Shown here: positions 12,449 through 25,645 of the stretch, piece after piece
Numbering within the stretch: the first letter of the stretch is position 1
Layout of the letters: each line of letters opens with the position of its first letter
From: Octopus vulgaris
Taxonomy: Eukaryota
DNA: 64,000 bases
Assembly (NCBI GenBank): GCA_951406725.2
Contig: OX597814.1
Coordinates: 136,834,001-136,898,000 of the forward strand
Direction: 5' to 3'
Made by a program: the position numbers and the translations under genes
The notes under the pieces: generated by a model
Databases searched by the model: none
Seen by the model: only the letters and a program-made list of their open reading frames with translations
What the model was told of the DNA's origin: nothing

Positions 12449-13170
12449 CAGACAGACACACATGCTCGCACACACATATGCACATATATAAGAGGGTTTT
12501 CGGCATTTTCATCAGTGAACTAGAAAATGGATTATGCAGTAACATGAAGCATAAGCCATGCATCATATTGTAAGTATATTTATCATAAACTAATTACAAC
12601 CACTTCAAAACAAGATATCTCTAAAAGACTCCAAGGCAACCATATAATATATAATGTTTTATACGTTAAATCATACAGCAACACACGACAAACAACGTCC
12701 CTCGACACACTGTCGCTCGACTCGCTAGAAATGGCACCGCAGTTTCTCACAAATCATATTAAAGCAGAACACTTTGACTAATATAGACTTGGATCCATCT
12801 TGCGTGTTAAAGATAAGGCAGAGCTGTCGTCACTGAAATGCATTTCTATCATTGATATGCTCAGTCAGAACTAACTTGGTGGAGATACTAAAACCACGAC
12901 AAGGATCATATTGATTTCAAACATAAGTACATGGTTATGTATTTGGGAAGAGGGGTATTGTTGATCATATCGGACCCAGTACTTCCCGTTTATTTAATCG
13001 ATCATGAAAGGACGAAAGGCGCAAACAACCGCAGCAGAATTCAAACTAAGAACGTAATGGAATGCAACTATTTACTGACTGATGCTTACTCCCACTGCTG
13101 CTCAATATATCTATCCACCGCCCAGCACGACAAAAACCATTTTAGCATCATCAAATATGCGTTGCGTTGG

Positions 13171-13748
13171 AACGGTATTATGAAGTTGTACTATGAATTC
13201 ATGGTCAAGGAATTCAGATGAGCTGCAAATTATTCGGTATCGCCCTCATAGAACATTATTTTAAGTACCTCATTCAAACTAACCCTGGTCACCTGTGTTA
13301 TAAATTAGATCAACGATTCCCAACCGTTTTGACACCACGGAGCGATTTCATGCAAAATAATTTTTCCTCGGATCGGAGGATAACGGGGATAACAAAACAC
13401 AAAATGCATAATATATAATTTAAATATTTATTCCATATATAATAATATTATATACATTATACATATGTAATGTTAAACATTATACATATGTAATGTAGTT
13501 TAAAGTAGAAATAGAATTTTAGAATTTATAATTTCTGTGCGACCCGGTGGTTGGAGACTCCGGCATTACATTATTATAAACAGATAGCTGTCAATAAATA
13601 TGTGTAGATTTAGAACGGCAGTCGAGATATGACATAGTACTATGAATTCACGGTCAGTGCGTTCAAATGAGCTGCAGATTTATTCGTTGTCTCTCCCCAC
13701 AGAGCATTATTCTAAGTGCTTTATTTAAACTAGCCCTGGTCACCTATG
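13171..13748. repeat. Diverged ~125-bp direct repeats (13171-13296 and 13614-13748) bracketing a hAT MITE
   Basis: gtactatgaattca..ggtca..ttcaRatgagctgca..ttattcg..cattatt..taagt..aaactaRccctggtcacct occurs in both. Confidence 0.8.
13311..13563 (-). mobile_element. hAT (MER1-like) MITE, same family as 6056-6549
   Basis: caacgattcccaacc...tttcatgcaaaataatttttcc..gga, reverse of the subterminal motif; other end ggttggagactccgg. Confidence 0.6.
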
Positions 13749-14649
13749 CCATGTATAGTTCTTATGAAAGGAGATATTTCTCTCTTAGTCGCTTAATGCT
13801 ACAGCAATTTAAGTAAAGATTGAGAAAAGATGGACATTAAAACTTTACACAGAAAACACGTCTGTTATCTTGTAATATTATTAAACCACAAGAAAGTTCA
13901 TATGTGTATCACAAAACTTAATCAATAATTGACGCGCTAATTAGAAGCCACAACTATCTATGAATTCAACAAAATCTAATAAAAGAATAAATAGAACTTT
14001 TGGTTTGAATGCAAGTAAACCAGACAAAATCAAACGAATAGCTATTATAAAACTGATGAAAGCATTTTTAAGGGAATAATTAATCAAAACAAACCAACCC
14101 TAAGGACAACTTAAATTTACTATAAAAACGCAAACTACAGCACCACCATCGAAGAAATTGTAAATAATAATTACTAAAATTAATACCCATTAATCATTAC
14201 ATCAAACAGCACAGTACCTGACAGTAGAACAAGGATGGGTGGGTGGAGAAATATACTACTACGTCCAATATCAGTCGAAATAAATTACGTAAGACATCAA
14301 AGAGAAAATTAGTGACTTAATTCTCTTTAAGAGAGTCGCTCTAAATTAGCATCGGAGTTTAAACCGCTAGAGAGAACATACGTGTCAGACAACGGTATGA
14401 TCGCGATTTCGACTAGATTGTGTCCAATTCTTATATGTGCAAATAATTTTTATAAGTAAGGAATGAACTAAATAGATTTGACAGATGCATAAGCAATATT
14501 ATATAATTGTTGTATCTTGTTGAAGGAGGGACTCTTAGGAAATGAGAAACGAGACAAATAGTAATACACAAAACCGTATAAGCAACAGCAATTTACAAAA
14601 GTGAGTGGAGACATTCTCCTGGCAAGAACATATTGTTGCACTTTATAAT

Positions 14650-15013
14650 GAATTCAAATTTTGGCACAAGTCCAGCACTTTCAGAGGAGTGGGTAAGTCG
14701 ATTACAGCGACCCCCAGTACTAAACTGTTATTTGTTTTATCAACCCTGAAAGGATGAAAGGCAAAGTGCACCTCGAAGGAATTTGAGCTCAGAACATGTA
14801 GATGGACAAAAATGCAGCTAAATATTTCACCCGGCATGCGAACCATTATTTTCTACTCTAGGCACAAGGCACAAAATTTTGGGTGAAAGGGGCCAGTCGA
14901 TTAGATTAACCCCAGTACGCAACTGGTACTTAATTTATCATCTCCGAAATGATGAAAGTCAAAGTCGACCTCGACGGAATTTGAACTCAGAACGTAAAGA
15001 CAAACGAAATACC
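14650..15013 (-). mobile_element. Two SINE family B copies; the second is interrupted at its GGTATTTC site by the LINE 3' end
   Basis: Reverse core motif; sequence stops at gaacgtaaagacaaacgaaatacc. Confidence 0.85.
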
Positions 15014-18000
15014 AATTTCTTTATTGCCCACAGGAGGCCAAACACAGAAATGGACAAATCAATTGATTGGGATCAAAAATACGTTATGATTTTACATAAA
15101 ATATGAATATAAAAATTATATAAAATATTTAAGAAATCGAATGAATTAACAATACAGAGACAACACAAATGTAGCGATGATCAGGCCACGCTCCGAACCC
15201 ACAAACCCCGATCTATCACTGGTTCTTCTTTTATAGCCTATTCACACGATTCCTCGCACGCACAACACACATGCACCATGCTTCCATCTCTTTTTGAACA
15301 TACTCAACGACAGACACCTCTTCTCCAGCCACACCTTCCTTTTCAAATGAAAAGTAAAAAATGATCGTAAATCGTGGCCGGAGATAAAGTTGCCCTGTCT
15401 TAATCCCTTTTATCCTAGTCTTCCATACTGCCTCTTTCGCTCTTGCTACAACCGTAAGAAAACAATTCTTACATTCGTTTGTTAAAACTTCCTATGGGTC
15501 GATTTTTATAATTGACTCAGTCGACAGCCGTACTCTTCCTTCGCCGCACAACAGGTGTTCAGCAGAAACCCACATTTCAGATATCTCCGGACACTGGATA
15601 ATAGCGCGAGGGACGGTTTCCCTGTCTCCCCCGCATCTTGGACAGGTCGGAGACTGACGCTTACCATGTCTTGCGAGCTTATTCTAAACGGGCAAGGCAC
15701 CTCTGTAACATTGCCAGGTCAAGGACATTTGGAAGTTGTCCAACGTTCTCAACCCGAATGTACGATGGAACAGGCTGTCCAGTTGAATATACCCGAGACC
15801 TAGAGTCGCCCCTAGGTCATCGTCACATTCCCAACCCACTATATAAAATACGAACCCACTATATAAAATTCGTGTAGAACCCCCGCTGCTGGCGTTGCCC
15901 GAGCGCCGGAATAGCAGGAGGGCCTTTATGCCATTCACTTGACCTCGGTTTACGAAATCACCAGGCTTCCTGTTCGCAAAAATTTTGAACTCGGAGAACA
16001 TTTGTCTGGCCAGCGGAGACCACACCCGTTCACCATCCAGGAGAATCCAGAGATGCGTCAACCTCAACGCATGTCTGCACATCATTAACCAAGGCATCCC
16101 CAAACCTCCCTTTAACGGCTTTTGACAACAAACAGGACGTTTCACAAGTGGCGACCTGCGCTTCCACAAAAAGCGAAATAGCTGTCTCTCCAACCTGATC
16201 AACCACGAATCCGGGCAGGGCACGACGGTCAGGCGGTAGGTAATGACCGATGCGATAAACACATTGGCCACTTCCGCCCTCCCTTTCAGGGATAGCCACC
16301 GCCAAGACCAGGTCTTGACTAATGCAACCACCCTGCTCGAAACCTCCGTCCAGTTCTTCTCTATCTGGAGGCCTGGTCCAAACCAGACTCCCAGCAAGTT
16401 AACCAATCCCTCTGTCCAGCGCCCAACGACGCTATCTGAAGGCTTCGACTTGCCAACCCTGGTGCCGAGCTGCAAGGCGACCGACTTTTCCTGGTTAATC
16501 TTTGCTCCTTCCACCGTCTTGTAAACCTCGATAGCCTTACCCACTTCATGTAGGCGTCCTACTGTGGCTACGCTGATAGTGATATCTTCCGCGTAATCTG
16601 TAATAAACTCCTCTAAACCTGGTTCTCTCGAGATGCCACTCAGCCTTCGTAGTAGGGGCTCAAGAGCCACCACATACAAAAGTAGTGAGAGCGGACATCC
16701 TTGACGAACGGAGCGCCTGATGCAGAACGGCTTCGAAAAGAAACCGTTCACCTGAACTATCGAGTCAATGTTGTGATACACAGCGATAAACCACCAGAAG
16801 AAGCCAAGGCCTAGGCCGAACCGTGCAAGCACAGGTGGAGATTATCCTGAATAGTTCTACCTGGGATGGCACGTATCTGTGCCTCCCCGACTATACCATT
16901 CGCGACACGCGCCAACTTTTTGCTAAGACCTTGGCCAAAATCTTCACTTCTGCGTTTAATAGATTGATGGGCCTGAAGTTACCTAAAACGCCCCCCTTGA
17001 CCGGGTCCTTTCTGACCAACATCACTAACCCCCGGTACACAGATCTGTTGCCAGTTCGCGTACACGTCAGCCAGTAGGTGCCCGAACAAGTCTGGCATAC
17101 ATTTATACAGCTCGTACAGAAGACCATCAAGTCCCGGCGACTTACCCGCTTTACAGTCGGCCATAGCCTCCATCACCTCCACGGACGTCATTGGTCCTTC
17201 GTAAGACTTCGCATCCGATCCCGAGAGGCACGGCAGCTCGGCAAGAAAGTCCTCGAAGACTCCCCCACCATCAGGACCGCCATCATCCCCGAACAGCTGG
17301 GCGAAGTACTCCCGAAAGGCCTCACACATTTCCTCGGGTCCGTTTACCAAGACTCCATCTTGATTCGTCAAAGACCGAATAGTGGAACTATTTCCTTGTC
17401 GAGCTTCCTCCACTCGGGCCCATCCAGTGGCCTTCATTCCTTCACTTCCCATCGCACGTAACTTAGCTCTGGCAATTCTTCCCATGTGTTGGGCTTCAAG
17501 ATGCTGGTTCAACTCCAGTCTCTTCACCTTCACTTGGTCTGCATTACCAGTCCTCCAGGCTTCTACTAGTTTCTTAACTAGACCATCTCTTATTTTACGT
17601 CCCTTCTTCGCTAAACTTATGCTAAACCTAATAGACTGATATTTTATGGCTCTTTTTAGGGCGTACCACCATTTGTTATTAATGATGGTACCTGTCAATG
17701 CCCTTTGTATTAAAATCTCGATCAGCTTTCTATGTTACTCAATCGCCAAAAGGGATGTATTGAGTTTCCAGTAGCCAGATCCCTGTCTATGCAACTTATC
17801 TACTGTCAGCTTATAGGTAACCATCTTGTGATCACTGTAGCTGACAAGATAAAACTGTGGACACTTAGCTATGGACTTATCTGTTTTTTCTAATTAAAAC
17901 CCTATCTAGATATCTTCTGGAAGACCCGTCACTATTTGACCACGTCCACTGTGGAGTGTTCGGTTGTTCCAAATTATATAGATCTGCCAGCTGAAAGTGA

Positions 18001-18520
18001 CTTAGCAGATCTTTTCTATTCATGTTCGAGCCAACACAATCTGTGTGTGCGTCACATATTGTGATAAATGTCTCCTATCAGTACTAGCGAATGCGACGTG
18101 GCCAGGAACTTGCACAGGTCACGAAAATACTCACTTTGCGGGCTCATAACGTTGGGTGCATAAATTGAAACCAGTCTGATTATCTTGCCACAACTGAATG
18201 TCAGGACGAGAACGACCAACCTGCCCTCTGGATCAGAAAAAAACAACTTTTTCTCGGCTACCCGGTTTCTTTTTAGTAGGATAAACACCTCACCCAACCT
18301 CCCGCCCGTCTCGGAGAAACGAATTTCTCATAGCCGTTCAGAAGGGGAAGCAGATCTCTTGGCCCCTTCACCCGGGTTTCCGTTGCAACAATCACATCCA
18401 ATTTTCTTGACCTGCTGTCATTTAGGAAGCACCCTTGCTTCCAGCTAGACATTAAAAAATGCAAAAGTATCGCCTTATACCTTTAGTTTTCTTATTCTAC
18501 TATCTTAGCGCCGCTTGCCA
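15014..18520 (-). mobile_element. L1/Tx1-clade LINE with disrupted ORF2 (APE endonuclease, reverse transcriptase, C-terminal Cys region) and 3' UTR; ORF1 absent
   Basis: APE: LDVIVATET, LVSIYAPN, LVLIGD, GSGYWKLNTSLL; RT: KSPGLDG, NFRPINLLNAEVKILAKVL, RQGCPLS, YAEDI, LGVWFG, LSLKGRA, KGGLGMP; several frameshifts. Confidence 0.93.
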
Positions 18521-19379
18521 TTTTCTGTACTTATTACCCCATTTCATATCCCTCAAAACCCTCACTAATTCTGAATTGTAGCTTTAACATTTGCCTATAT
18601 TTTGTAATTTTTTCGTTACAAGACTCAGGTTAAGAACCACTGGTATAAAGCTTAGATATTATTATCGTTTAAAAACAAACATTTCTTTTTCAGTTAATAG
18701 ATCATGAACAAGTTTGATCCACAGTTTTCATATATATGAAATAATGCGATTCTTAAAAATCAAGAGACATGCTGAAACATTATCAAATCATTATAGTAAC
18801 AAATTAAGAAATATTAATTTAAAAAATTGAAAACTACTTTTAAAATATTAGTAGGATGAAAAGTATGATATATTTAAAGATAAGAAATAAAACAAAAAGT
18901 ATGTAATAACTTCTACTATCGCTCAATTTAATAAAGTCTCAAAAAGATTAAACTCAGACTGGAAAAATAAAAAAATTTAACAATAAAACAAAAATTTTTA
19001 ATATTAAATGTTTATGTTAAGAATATAGTAAATTTCTTTGTAAGAAAAAATATTATAATATACAGCCAATTGTTAAACTAAAATTAAGATTTAAAACTAG
19101 AAACTATGCAAAATCTTTTCTTGTTTAAAGAAACTTTTTTTTTTTAATATTTTCGTACAAATAAATACGATGTTTTATTGTACAAATTTTTCGTATAACT
19201 TTCCTTTTAATTTAACTTATATTCGAATTTTTTTGTTCTAATTTGTTTTCAGAACTTTTTACTCCAAGCCTTCTAACTTAGGCTAGCGTACTAGATTGGG
19301 CCTTGACATTACCTTACACGTGCCTTATCTTTTGTTCACATATTTGTGTTGTTCACTGCACATCAAATAATTCGCAATG

Positions 19380-20906
19380 AGTGCAAAGAAACGGAAGTAT
19401 CTCAAGATTCTCTTGTTTTTGCCATTCAGTATGACGAAACGACTGACGTCGATCTGTGTTCTCAGCTACTGGTATATGCTCGTTTTGTGTTAGGTAACTG
19501 TGTAAAAGAGAAAATGTTCTGTCACCCTATGGATAGTTGTACAACAGCATCAGCTATTTTTTGTGATGCATCCAACTTCTTTCAGGAAAACCAACTTTCG
19601 TGGGATTCGCTGGTAGGGGTGTGCACTAATGGAACTCCAGCTATGCCTGCTCTGCAGCCTGGATTCATTACTAGGGTGAAAGAAAAATATCCACCTGTTG
19701 TAGGTACACACTGCATATTTCATCGTGAAGCCTTGGCATCCAGAACCTTATATACTGAAATAATAAATGTCCTGGACGTGGCTATCAAAGTTGTCGACTT
19801 TGTTAAAGTTGGGGCCTGAAACAGTCGTCTTTTTAAGAATGTTGTGTAAAGATATGGAATCTGAACATGAAACATTGCTTTTTCACACGATGACTATCAA
19901 AGAGGAACACACTTGGACGGCTTTATGAACTACGAGAAGTAGCAATATTTCTAGATTTGCGGAAGAAGTCAGATCTCCATAACAGGTTCTAGCCTGAAAG
20001 CTTTCAGCTTTCTCTAGCTTACCTGGTGGACATCTTCAATGCATTGAAAGCTCTCGACCTTAAACTACAAGGGGAAAACATTAACATTCTCACGCCCCAC
20101 ACCATTCGAAATTTCATAGTCAAACTCGACCTCTGGAAATGTCGAATTCGGCAGGGAAATACAGCCAGTTTTAGTTATTTGGATTATACTCTCATACACG
20201 CTAACCTTGATTCTGCGTTAAAGAAACAAATAATCACTCATCGAATTGACTTGGAAACAGAATTCGTTAGATACTTCCCAGATATATATGAAAAGCGTGT
20301 GATGTGATTGATGTTTTGGATGAAGTGCAAGAGGAATTTCTTGAGCTGAAGTTCAGCTCCCCAGCTAAGGAAGACTTCAAAGAACTGGATCTTGAAACGT
20401 TCTGGATCAAGTACCTTCCTATTTACCCTCGGATCTCACATCAGGCTCTTCGGATTTTAGTTATGTTTGTATCCAGGTATCTTTGCGAAGCTGCATTTTT
20501 CACGCTCGTTGCTGTCAAGGCCAATTACAGAAACGGGTTGAACGTTGAAAGATACTTACGTTGTGCACTCTCTGACATTCAACCACTCATTCAAGATCTT
20601 GTAGCTAAGACGCAATGTCAGTTATTTCATTAATAATGTGATTAATTCATATTCAATAAATAAAAACCTTTTTTCTTTTGCTAAGAAGCAGTGTCAAGTA
20701 TCTCACTTTTTGTATAATGTGATTATATATAAAATTATATATATTTTGTATAATGTGACTAATTCATATTCAATAAAAAGACTAAAAACATACTTTAGAT
20801 TTTATTTAAAATCTGGGAGGGAATTTTATTCGTAAATGCAAGGAGGCGTGGAGAGAAGAACAAATTCCTAAGGGAGGCATGGTACTAAAAAGGTTAAGAA
20901 CCACTG
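19380..20906 (+). pseudogene. hAT transposase relic (Charlie/Buster, ZBED5/ZBED8-like) with right TIR
   Basis: FAIQYDETTD, VGVCTNGTPAM, THCIFHREALAS, LAYLVDIF, dimerisation-domain motif YLCEAAF; terminal ggttaagaaccactg at 20892-20906; stops and frameshifts. Confidence 0.92.
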
Positions 20907-21357
20907 TTCTAGGGAATATAGTCTAAACGTTTTCAGTCTCTCCAGGTAGCTGACATGTCCCTTTTGTTTAACTGTAAATCTACCTCTGAATATAAACCTG
21001 AAATGAGACCACATCGTTTCTGATTTGATCGCTCCAACATCTCGGTTGTAGCGTTGGGTTGAGTGTAGTTGGTCTTGAGGGAGTAACGCTTTCAGCAGTC
21101 GACGTCTTGAAGTCACAGGTATCCATCTAAATTACTAAGTTCATCAGTGAACGGTGTGGAACAATAATAGTAACGAACGCGTATCTAAAACATTGATGGT
21201 AAAAATTCGTACGATTCTGACCTTCCTGACAATAATATACGAGACTGCATACTCCATACAGCCGTAAGAATTATAATTTCAAAATTATCGTAGAGCAAGA
21301 TTATAGCTATCTATCTATCTAGCTAGCTAGCTAGCTATCAATCTATCTATCTGTCTG

Positions 21358-21420
<63 letters not shown>

Positions 21421-21801
21421 GTATGTCTGTATAAATATATATATACATTTATACATATACACATGCATACATACATACATACATACATACATACATACAT
21501 ACATACATACATACATACATGCATACATACATACATACATACATGCATACATACATACATACATACATATTTACATAAACACTCAAAATATAAGATTGTC
21601 TGGGAAAAGTTTAGATAAATATAACCAAAGAACAGTATATGCCACACTTCACAGATAACAATGTCATAACATATTTGTGAAATATATATAAATTTTGCAA
21701 GATGGCTGACAATGAGTCTTCAACGTGATGAGTGTATCCACACACTTTATGCATAAACATAAGAAAATAACGTCTGAAGAAAATAGATATGATATTTTTT
21801 T

Positions 21802-22905
21802 TAAATGTTACGAATTCAACAAGTTTAAATATGGATCGAAACCGAAATCATAATCGAAATCTTTAACATAAAGTAGTAATGTTGCGCTTTCAACATTTCT
21901 AACTGTACGATGAAATCTAAATGATATTCTAAGCCTTCAACATAATTAAACAATATTGCAAAGATCTGTAAATTTATACATCATAAGAGAGATTAGAGTG
22001 TTTATAAGACGTGCATTTCCCACGGGTTTTAAAAAGTACGTGGCCTGATCAATAAGTATCCGGACTGGTGCTATAAAAACAAGTCTACAACACGTACCAA
22101 TTTGGCACTTAATTTCTTCAAAGTAGCCCCCTTCCGAAGCCACACACTTAATCCAACGCTGTTTACATTGATGGAAGCATTCCTGGAACTCGTTTTCTGG
22201 GAAAATCAACAGTACCTCGTTGCATTCACTTTGCTTTCCTCGACGTCCTGAAATCTTCCGTTCAAGCGGGATTTGATTTTTGGAAAGAGGAAAAAGTCGC
22301 AAGTGGCAAGATCTGGAAAATGTAGTGGCTGTCCGACCTGGGGAATGCTGTGCCTAGCCAAAAACTGCTTTGTCATGGTGCTATTGCCACTCACTGGACA
22401 TATGCAATTGTGGTCTTTTCCGACGAATAGCATCCCGCAAACGCCGCAAAAAGGCACAGAAGTACTCCTTGTTTGCTGTCTGATCAGGTGGAGCATACTC
22501 ATGATGAACAATCCTCTTGTAGTCGAAGAAAACGATCAATAGTGTCTTCATACTGCTTCAACTCATTCGTCCTTTCTTCAGTTTCGAAGAGATTGGGGTC
22601 TTCCACTGCGAAGGCTGAGCGTTTGTTTCGGGGTCATAGCCATAGACCATGATTCATCACCCGTTATGACCGTTTTCAAAAAGTTTTCATCTGGCGTTTC
22701 CCACGGCTAACACAAACATTTTCTAAATGTTACGAATTCAACAAGTTTAAATATGGATCGAAACCGAAATCATAATCGAAATCTTTAACATAAAATAACA
22801 AGTAGGAATGCTACGTTTTCAACAATTCTAACTGTAAATCTAAATGATACTTTAAGTCTTCAACATAATGAAACAATATCATAAGGATCTGTAAATTTAT
22901 ACATC
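21802..22905. repeat. ~180-bp direct repeats (21802-21982 and 22724-22905) flanking a mariner remnant
   Basis: taaatgttacgaattcaacaagtttaaatatggatcgaaaccgaaatcataatcgaaatctttaacataaa is identical in both; the remainder is diverged. Confidence 0.9.
22039..22690 (-). pseudogene. Mariner transposase 3' half with one TIR
   Basis: HFPDLATCDFFLFPKIK (YSPDLAPCD motif), FQECFHQCKQRWIKCVASEGGYFE; ta+cgtggcctgatcaataagtatccggact end. Confidence 0.9.
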
Positions 22906-23532
22906 GAAAGGGACACTTCAAAACTTGGGCGAAAGCTGTTGTACTTGTTTCGGCTTTAGCAGAGACTCCATACACGTCTCTGAGCTTAGGTGCTTGTTTA
23001 TGGATGGCATTCTTTGTTTTTATCAGACTCTATAATGCAAGCTGTATTAACGAAAATATCTCCAACTCTCTTTCTTCCCATACTCTTCTAAATGTGCACT
23101 AACGAACGTCTGTCAGAGTGTAACTCACTTTGGGGTCACGCTCGTATACTAGAATCAGTATTATTGCTATGCACAGAAAGCTGCATCCAAAAGCATGACG
23201 TTTAGCCGGGAAGATTGTTACGTATTCACTCATCAACGTGCTACATTATCTTGCTCACACATGCGTCGCCATTTATATCCGTATTTTTTGCCGCTGGTAA
23301 AACAATTGAATTAACAATCTGACTATCTTCAAAAACCATCCAATACACCGACATCTCCACTTCTCTCTCTACATTCATTTACCAGCATAACGCACTCACT
23401 AAACATATTTTTTAATAAATTTCCACAAAATTATACGAATACTCTCTTCGGCACAAGCAATGTTCATGTAGCTCTTGACATCAACGAAACCACCATACAT
23501 ATCTCTTCGATGAGGCAGTTGTCTATGTGTGC

Positions 23533-23614
<82 letters not shown>

Positions 23615-23819
23615 GTCGGTGTCTGTGTAAAATAACAAACGGGGTTTTTAAATTATGACAGCTGTTTCGGGAGAATTTTGTTGATGTATTCATAGATTAC
23701 TTCATAACTTATAACCCTCCATCTTCGGGTAGAATTTTAAACAGATATAAACAGGTGAGATAATTCCTTGATGATGAGGAATCCAACCAAGGTTGGATAA
23801 ACGGTATTTTAAGAAATAA

Positions 23820-24040
23820 GGCGGCGAGCTGGCAGAAACGTTAGCACGCCGGACGAAATGCGTAACCGTATTTCGTCTGCCATTACGTTCTGAGTTCAAA
23901 TTCCGCCGAGGTCGTCTTTGCCTTTCAACCTTTCGGGGTGGATAAATTAAGTACCAGTTACGCACTGGGGTCGATGTAATCGACTTAATCTCCTTGTCTG
24001 TCCTCTCTGTGTTTAGCCTCTTGTGGGTAGTAAAGAAATA
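23820..24040 (+). mobile_element. Full-length young SINE family B with LINE-derived tail and 17-bp TSD
   Basis: ggcggcgagctggcagaa head; tail tgtcctctctgtgtttagcctcttgtgggtagtaaagaaata; TSD ggtattttaagaaataa at 23803-23819 and 24041-24057. Confidence 0.95.
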
Positions 24041-24508
24041 GGTATTTTAAGAAATAACATTCGCACTTTTAGAGAAATTAAGAATGGCTATAACAGGGAT
24101 GCGAGAAGCGATGAGATCAAGCGAGTCTATTATTAAAAAAATATTATCTTAATTAGTTTATATCCAAACGCACTTTTACAGAAATTAAGAGTAGTTTTAA
24201 AGGGATGCAACTCTATTATTTAAACGACTCATTTAAAAAAAAGTTATCTTAATTAGTTTATAGACAAAACCTGCTACGATGACATATAAGATACACAAAC
24301 ATGCTGTAGCCAAGAGACGTTTTCAGGTCATTAAAGCCATGAGAATATCTGGTCAGTTAATGGCAGCAGAAAGTCATAAAAGTGTCATCGCCTTTACTTG
24401 TACGTACAAACACATGCAGACATACAAACATACACACTCATACACACGCATATATATGTAAACACAGAGTCACACACACATACATATTCATACACATAGA
24501 TGTGTGTG

Positions 24509-24634
<126 letters not shown>

Positions 24635-25348
24635 TTCGCTAATAATAAAATTGAAATTATTGTAATTTCGCATTTTCTTAAGAAGTGTGCAGAAGTTTGT
24701 GAAAGACTGATTCAACAAGGAGAAAAATCTAAGGGGAGCTTATTGAGGACAGGTTATTATTGGAGAGAGGTTCGCAATTACAACCAACTGCACTTGTGCT
24801 TCTGGGAATCTAATTTATGTTATAGCTTGCTCAGGTTGTGGACATAACTATATAGGACAGGCGAGTATGACACTGAAACGGAGAACCATACTACATAAGG
24901 AACATATCCGCTTCCCGCAATATAGACAGATTCCTTTGAGTGAACATATAGAGATATGTGCAGGTAATATCCAACCAAACTTCAGTTTTCTCCATCTACC
25001 AGTGCAAATAGCAATTTCTATACATGAACGTTTAAATAAAGAAAATTTGTTCATTGAAACATACAGAATGTATAAATATGAACGCATAACCAACTTTGAT
25101 CACGGTATATATTATAATTCATAATCACATACTCTTTCATCTCACTACTTAAGCTTTGAGTTTTATTTATCCCCTCCTCAAAAGATGAGCATTTAGCTCC
25201 CCTGTCCCCAGTAAAGACGATAACTAATTACTTCCCCTTGGATTTCCCTTCTTGAATCCATCATTCACAAACTTCACACACAACATGGACTAAAATCTTA
25301 TTATGAAAATATGAAATTACAATAATTGCAATGTCATGATTAGCGAAA
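24635..25348 (+). mobile_element. Penelope-like element remnant bracketed by diverged ~110-bp inverted repeats
   Basis: 24635-24740 aligns to the reverse complement of 25230-25348 (ttcgctaat..aattattgtaatttc..gaagtttgtgaa..gattcaa..aaggggag). Confidence 0.75.
24747..25124 (+). pseudogene. Penelope-type GIY-YIG endonuclease fragment
   Basis: In-frame translation NCTCASGNLIYVIACSGCGHNYIGQASMTLKRRTILHKEHI...LSEHIEIC. Confidence 0.88.
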
Positions 25349-25505
25349 GAGAAACCGGTAGACAAACACAATATAAAATATATCAAAAAATATGTTGAAA
25401 CTATGTAAAGTGTGTGCATTTTCCTTCTTTTATTTTATATATATATATATATATTTCGCATTACAACTCACCACACAGGGATAATCGAAATTCCCCCTTT
25501 TGATT

Positions 25506-25645
<140 letters not shown>

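Noticed and set aside
13800-14200. A-rich stretch weakly resembling a Penelope RT-EN linker (YKTDE..II, IYYKN)
   Set aside because: Too decayed; no catalytic motif visible
18643-19250. NUMT or alternative-code ORF
   Set aside because: No recognisable mitochondrial gene, rRNA or tRNA motif; kept only as an unexplained segment
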